Assembly (NCBI GenBank): GCA_964527395.1
Contig: CAZGQD010000007.1
Location: 8,654-68,722, forward strand
From: an uncultured Methanosarcinales archaeon
GTDB taxonomy: Archaea > Nanobdellota > Nanobdellia > Woesearchaeales > GW2011-AR9
DNA length: 60,069 nucleotides
Direction: 5' to 3'
In this document: piece by piece, positions 56,804 through 60,069 of the stretch
How positions within the stretch are numbered: position 1 is the stretch's first letter
How the letters are laid out: every line of letters begins with the position of its first letter
Position numbers and translations under genes: made by a program
The notes under the pieces: model-generated
The model's database searches: none
What the model was told of the DNA's origin: nothing
The model's input: the letters and a program-made list of their open reading frames with translations, nothing else

Positions 56804-57475
56804 TTATTTTATCAAGTCTCTTAATTTCCTGATATCTTCTTTAATATTATTGCTTTTTTGTAGGAATGAACCCACTACGAACATGTTTGCTCCTGCTTTG
56901 GCTGTTCTTTCTATTGTTTTGTTGTTCATGCTACCATCAGCTTGAATGTTTAGATTTGGATACTTTTTTCTGATTCTAGTTATTTTCTTTAGAGTGTCTT
57001 TTTGGAACTTAGCACCATATTGGCCAGGGATTACAGTCATAACTACTAGTTTGTCTAATTGGTTTAAGTCCCCTACTTTGTTTTCTAGCTCTTCTAAAGA
57101 TGTGTTTGGGTTGATTGCTATTCCTACACTTTTGTTTTTGTTTTTGATGTATTTAATTAGGGCTTTTGCTTCATTAGTTGCTCCTGTTACCTTTGTTGCT
57201 TCAATATGAAAAGAGATGTGATCTACATGATTTATGTTGGTTTTAATCCATGTTTTAGGGTCATTCACCATAATATGTGCAGAGATATTATGATTAGGAT
57301 AAGTTTTTTTTAGATATAATTGGTTTAAGTTGAAGTTTAATGATTCGTTACTTACGAACCTTTTGTCCATAATGTCTAAATGGATGTGAGTGGCATGATC
57401 TTTAACCTTGTTTATGACATTTGTGAATTCGTCTTTATCTTTGGCAATGATTGAGGGTAGAATTATTTTTTTCAT
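56804..57475 (-). CDS. rpe: Ribulose-phosphate 3-epimerase (copy 2, divergent)
   Basis: ILPSII, HIHLDIMD..FV, AHIMV..P, SFHIE, VMTVIPG.YG, IQADGSMN, FVVGS. Confidence 0.88.
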   Translation of the reverse strand: MKKIILPSIIAKDKDEFTNVINKVKDHATHIHLDIMDKRFVSNESLNFNLNQLYLKKTYPNHNISAHIMVNDPKTWIKTNINHVDHISFHIEATKVTGATNEAKALIKYIKNKNKSVGIAINPNTSLEELENKVGDLNQLDKLVVMTVIPGQYGAKFQKDTLKKITRIRKKYPNLNIQADGSMNNKTIERTAKAGANMFVVGSFLQKSNNIKEDIRKLRDLIK

Positions 57476-57531
57476 GTTTATACCTTGAAAGTTATCTTTA
57501 AAACTGATTTATTTTAATGATTCTATTTATT

Positions 57532-57996
57532 TCATTCTATTTGTTTTACTCTTCTAACATGTCTTTCTTCAGTTGAGGAGTCTGTTGTTAGGAAAACAGT
57601 TGCAATCTTTTTGGCGTTATCTAAAGTTAGATTTGATTCTGAGAGACATAGGATGTTACAAGCATTATGAATTCTGCTGCTTTTAGCATCTTTAATATTG
57701 TTGATATTGGCTGCTCTAATGCCTTTTGCCTTATTTGCAGCAATACACATGCCTATTCCAGAACCACAGATAAGAATTCCAAATGAGTTTTTGTTAGTTT
57801 TTACTTTGTTTGTTAGTTTTTTAGCATAGATTGGATAATCATCTGACTTTTCGTATGTATTTGGACCTAAATCAGTTATGTTGTATTTGTTTTCTTTATC
57901 TAAGAACTTCTTGATTTGTCCCTTTAGTTTGAAGCCAGCATGATCTGAAGCTATGAAAACTATTGTTTCTGTTGGTTCTTTGCTGCTTTTTGCCAT
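57532..57996 (-). CDS. rpiB: Ribose-5-phosphate isomerase B
   Basis: IASDHAGF, DDYP, ILICGSGIGMCIAANK..GIRAA, HNACN, RH.RRV. Confidence 0.95.
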   Translation of the reverse strand: MAKSSKEPTETIVFIASDHAGFKLKGQIKKFLDKENKYNITDLGPNTYEKSDDYPIYAKKLTNKVKTNKNSFGILICGSGIGMCIAANKAKGIRAANINNIKDAKSSRIHNACNILCLSESNLTLDNAKKIATVFLTTDSSTEERHVRRVKQIE

Positions 57997-58041
57997 TGCT
58001 TTTCTCTTATTCTTATAAGTGAGTACAGTATTAAATGTTTT

Positions 58042-58962
58042 TTACTCTACAATAGGTTTGATCTCTTGTTTGAATACTTTTGAAATATCTTTGCAGTATT
58101 GTTCAATATTGTTCTTGAACCATTGTGGATGTGCTGATTGTATCTTTCCTATGATGTAATATGAAATAGCCATCATACTTGCATAATTTGCATCTTTTGG
58201 CAGTGGAATATGTAATCTATTTTCTGGTTTTCCGAAGATTTTGTTCTCTTTTCCGAAAGAAATGAAAAGTTCTTTATCATCTGAGACTACAGTTGTTGCA
58301 TGCTTGATATATTCAAAAGTTTCAATGTCTCTAGCAATCTTTCTACCGAATAATTCTATGAATTTTATGTTTAGAAGTCTTATTATGCCTACGAATTCAG
58401 TTGGGATGATTAAATAGTACTTTTTGTATTGTTTGAAGTTTGGTAAGTTTACTTTGTCTGTGTTTGTTTTGATGTGTTTAAGAATGGCTTTTGGATCTTC
58501 TTTAGTTAAACCTAAAATAGGACCCAAGTAAGTTGAAGTATTATATGTATAAGGCTCTTTGTTTTTAGGGAACAGATATGTTTGGTCTGCGAACTCTTTT
58601 GCAGGAGCATTTTTGTTGTTTGTGATTAAGATTACTTGCTTTTTTGCTTGTTTTGCTTTCTTTGCTATAATTGGAGCATGCTTTTTACCGCTGGCAGAGA
58701 AAAGAACTACTGTTTTGATGTTTTTTAGAGTCTTTAGCTTTTGATCGATGCTTGATTCATCTGCTGATTGTGCGTTAGGAAAGACGATTTTTGCTGTAGC
58801 TACTGCGTTACCAGAACCTGCGATTAGGATATTGTCTTTAGGAACATTGGTTTTTGGTAGTTTTGCTTCTTGGAATAGTTCTAGCGCTGCTAAGACGCAT
58901 GTATCTAAAGAGGGAATGTTCTTTAGAGTGAATTTTTGCATGATTTCTTGGTTTGATTTCAT
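58042..58962 (-). CDS. Double-SIS-domain sugar-phosphate isomerase-like protein
   Basis: IAGSGNA, LFSASG, LITN in SIS1; IKFIELFG...ETFEYIKHA resembles the GlmS/PGI-PMI SIS2 motif. Confidence 0.6.
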   Translation of the reverse strand: MKSNQEIMQKFTLKNIPSLDTCVLAALELFQEAKLPKTNVPKDNILIAGSGNAVATAKIVFPNAQSADESSIDQKLKTLKNIKTVVLFSASGKKHAPIIAKKAKQAKKQVILITNNKNAPAKEFADQTYLFPKNKEPYTYNTSTYLGPILGLTKEDPKAILKHIKTNTDKVNLPNFKQYKKYYLIIPTEFVGIIRLLNIKFIELFGRKIARDIETFEYIKHATTVVSDDKELFISFGKENKIFGKPENRLHIPLPKDANYASMMAISYYIIGKIQSAHPQWFKNNIEQYCKDISKVFKQEIKPIVE

Positions 58963-58991
58963 TTTGTAAGTTTATTTTCAGGTGTTGAGCA

Positions 58992-59804
58992 TTACTTTGT
59001 AAGTTCAACATACTCCTTAACTATATCTGCTGTGAACTTTTCCATACCTTCGTATGTCTTTTCATGTTTAAGCATGTCTTTGATAACTTTTAGAGGCAAA
59101 GTTGCTACTTGAGATCCACATTTGGCTGCTTCCCTAACCTGTCGAGTATTTCTTAGGCTTGCTGCTAGTACTTCTGTCTTTAAGTTGTATTGTTTTAGAA
59201 GTGTTACACAATTCCAGATTAAATCTACTCCAGAGATGATACCATTATCTGAAAGTTCTTTACCTTTTTTGTCTGTTAAGCCATCAGCATCAAAGTGATC
59301 TGTCTTTTGGAATTTTACTTGATTATTTAGTCTGATATAATCATCAATTCTTCCAGCAAATGGGCTTACGTACGTAGCTCCTGCTTTAGCTGCTAATAAG
59401 GCTTGCTCAGGAGTGAAAATTAGAGTACAGTTAGTTTTGATCTTTAATCTTGTTAGTTCTTTGATTGCTTTGATTCCATCAAAATGAGTTTCATCATGAT
59501 CAGCAAAGGCAGGATTGATAGGTATTTTGATAACAACGTTTTTAGCAACTTTGTTGAATAGTTTGTGAAGTGCTTTTCCTTGTTTAATCATACCATCTGC
59601 AGTGATTTCAGTTACTTCTAGCGATACAGGAGTTCCTTTAGCTATCTTTAGAATTGTTGTAATATACTCTTTAATATCTACATCTACATGTTTTTCTACT
59701 GCTTTTTTAAGAAGACTTGGATTTGTTGTAACACCGTCTGCAATACCCCATTCGTATGCTTGCTCGATTTCATCAATGTCAGCACTATCAATAAAAATTT
59801 TCAT
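58992..59804 (-). CDS. tal: Transaldolase (TalC/FSA family)
   Basis: IFIDSAD, GVTTNPSL, VSLEV, VIKIP, TNCTLIF, YVSPFAGRIDD, LAASLR. Confidence 0.93.
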   Translation of the reverse strand: MKIFIDSADIDEIEQAYEWGIADGVTTNPSLLKKAVEKHVDVDIKEYITTILKIAKGTPVSLEVTEITADGMIKQGKALHKLFNKVAKNVVIKIPINPAFADHDETHFDGIKAIKELTRLKIKTNCTLIFTPEQALLAAKAGATYVSPFAGRIDDYIRLNNQVKFQKTDHFDADGLTDKKGKELSDNGIISGVDLIWNCVTLLKQYNLKTEVLAASLRNTRQVREAAKCGSQVATLPLKVIKDMLKHEKTYEGMEKFTADIVKEYVELTK

Positions 59805-59861
59805 TAACCATCACCTAGTCTTTGAGAGAAATTTTAAGTTTATAAATTTAGGGGTTTTGTG

Positions 59862-60014
59862 GGCACTGTCCTAAATCCTGCCTTCGGCTCGGGGCGAGGC
59901 TGAAGAGGCTCTTCTCCACGTTCGTTCGTACCTCACTCAGGTCAAATGATAAAGCTCTAATGAATAAGATCTCTTTCTGCGATCGACGCCCCCGAATAGA
60001 TTTAGGACAGCGCC
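59862..60014. repeat. GC-rich multi-branch palindromic element upstream of the tal promoter
   Basis: Perfect 12-bp IR CTGTCCTAAATC/GATTTAGGACAG; inner TCGGGGCG/CGCCCCCGA, GCC-TTC-GGC, GAAGA-GGC-TCTTC. Confidence 0.8.
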
Positions 60015-60069
60015 GGTTTTGTGTTCTTTATTTTGAATTTTAAGTAATATCTTCTCTGAAGATTTATAA

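Noticed and set aside
53077-60014. Palindromic elements as integron attC sites
   Set aside because: The R-box consensus is absent, they flank core metabolic genes, and no integrase is present.
1-60069. Stop-codon reassignment or programmed frameshifting
   Set aside because: Long conserved genes read through normally in the standard code and use all three stops; the only broken genes look like ordinary decay.

Overview
AT-rich chromosomal segment, most likely from a DPANN (Nanobdellota/Woesearchaeota-like) archaeon. This call is an inference from the short archaeal-type TIM, TrmB and HTH-10 regulators, a COG1361 S-layer-domain protein, TATA boxes and GGTGA ribosome sites, mixed with many bacterial-type metabolic genes. 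I found no rRNA, tRNA, CRISPR array, integrase or transposase. Core content: (i) a dTMP/folate cluster (tmk, glyA, folA, thyA, folC; folK further on); (ii) a MacB/FtsX-type ABC system whose ATPase gene is displaced; (iii) transport and housekeeping genes; (iv) a 16-kb minus-strand cluster encoding both branches of the pentose phosphate pathway plus aldolase, TIM and a double-SIS isomerase. Unexplained structure: an 880-bp GNAT plus unannotated 50-aa partner module that appears to be integrated at, and duplicates, the 3' end of folA; a family of multi-hairpin palindromic DNA elements, one copy of which lies in frame inside DHFR; a 16-bp motif resembling a dif half-site at four gene boundaries; three paralogous Cys-rich lipoproteins followed by two PP2C-like phosphatases; and a HAD phosphatase-6PGL fusion carrying a 150-nt insertion bounded by direct repeats. 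All family assignments come from motifs read by eye; no database searches were run.
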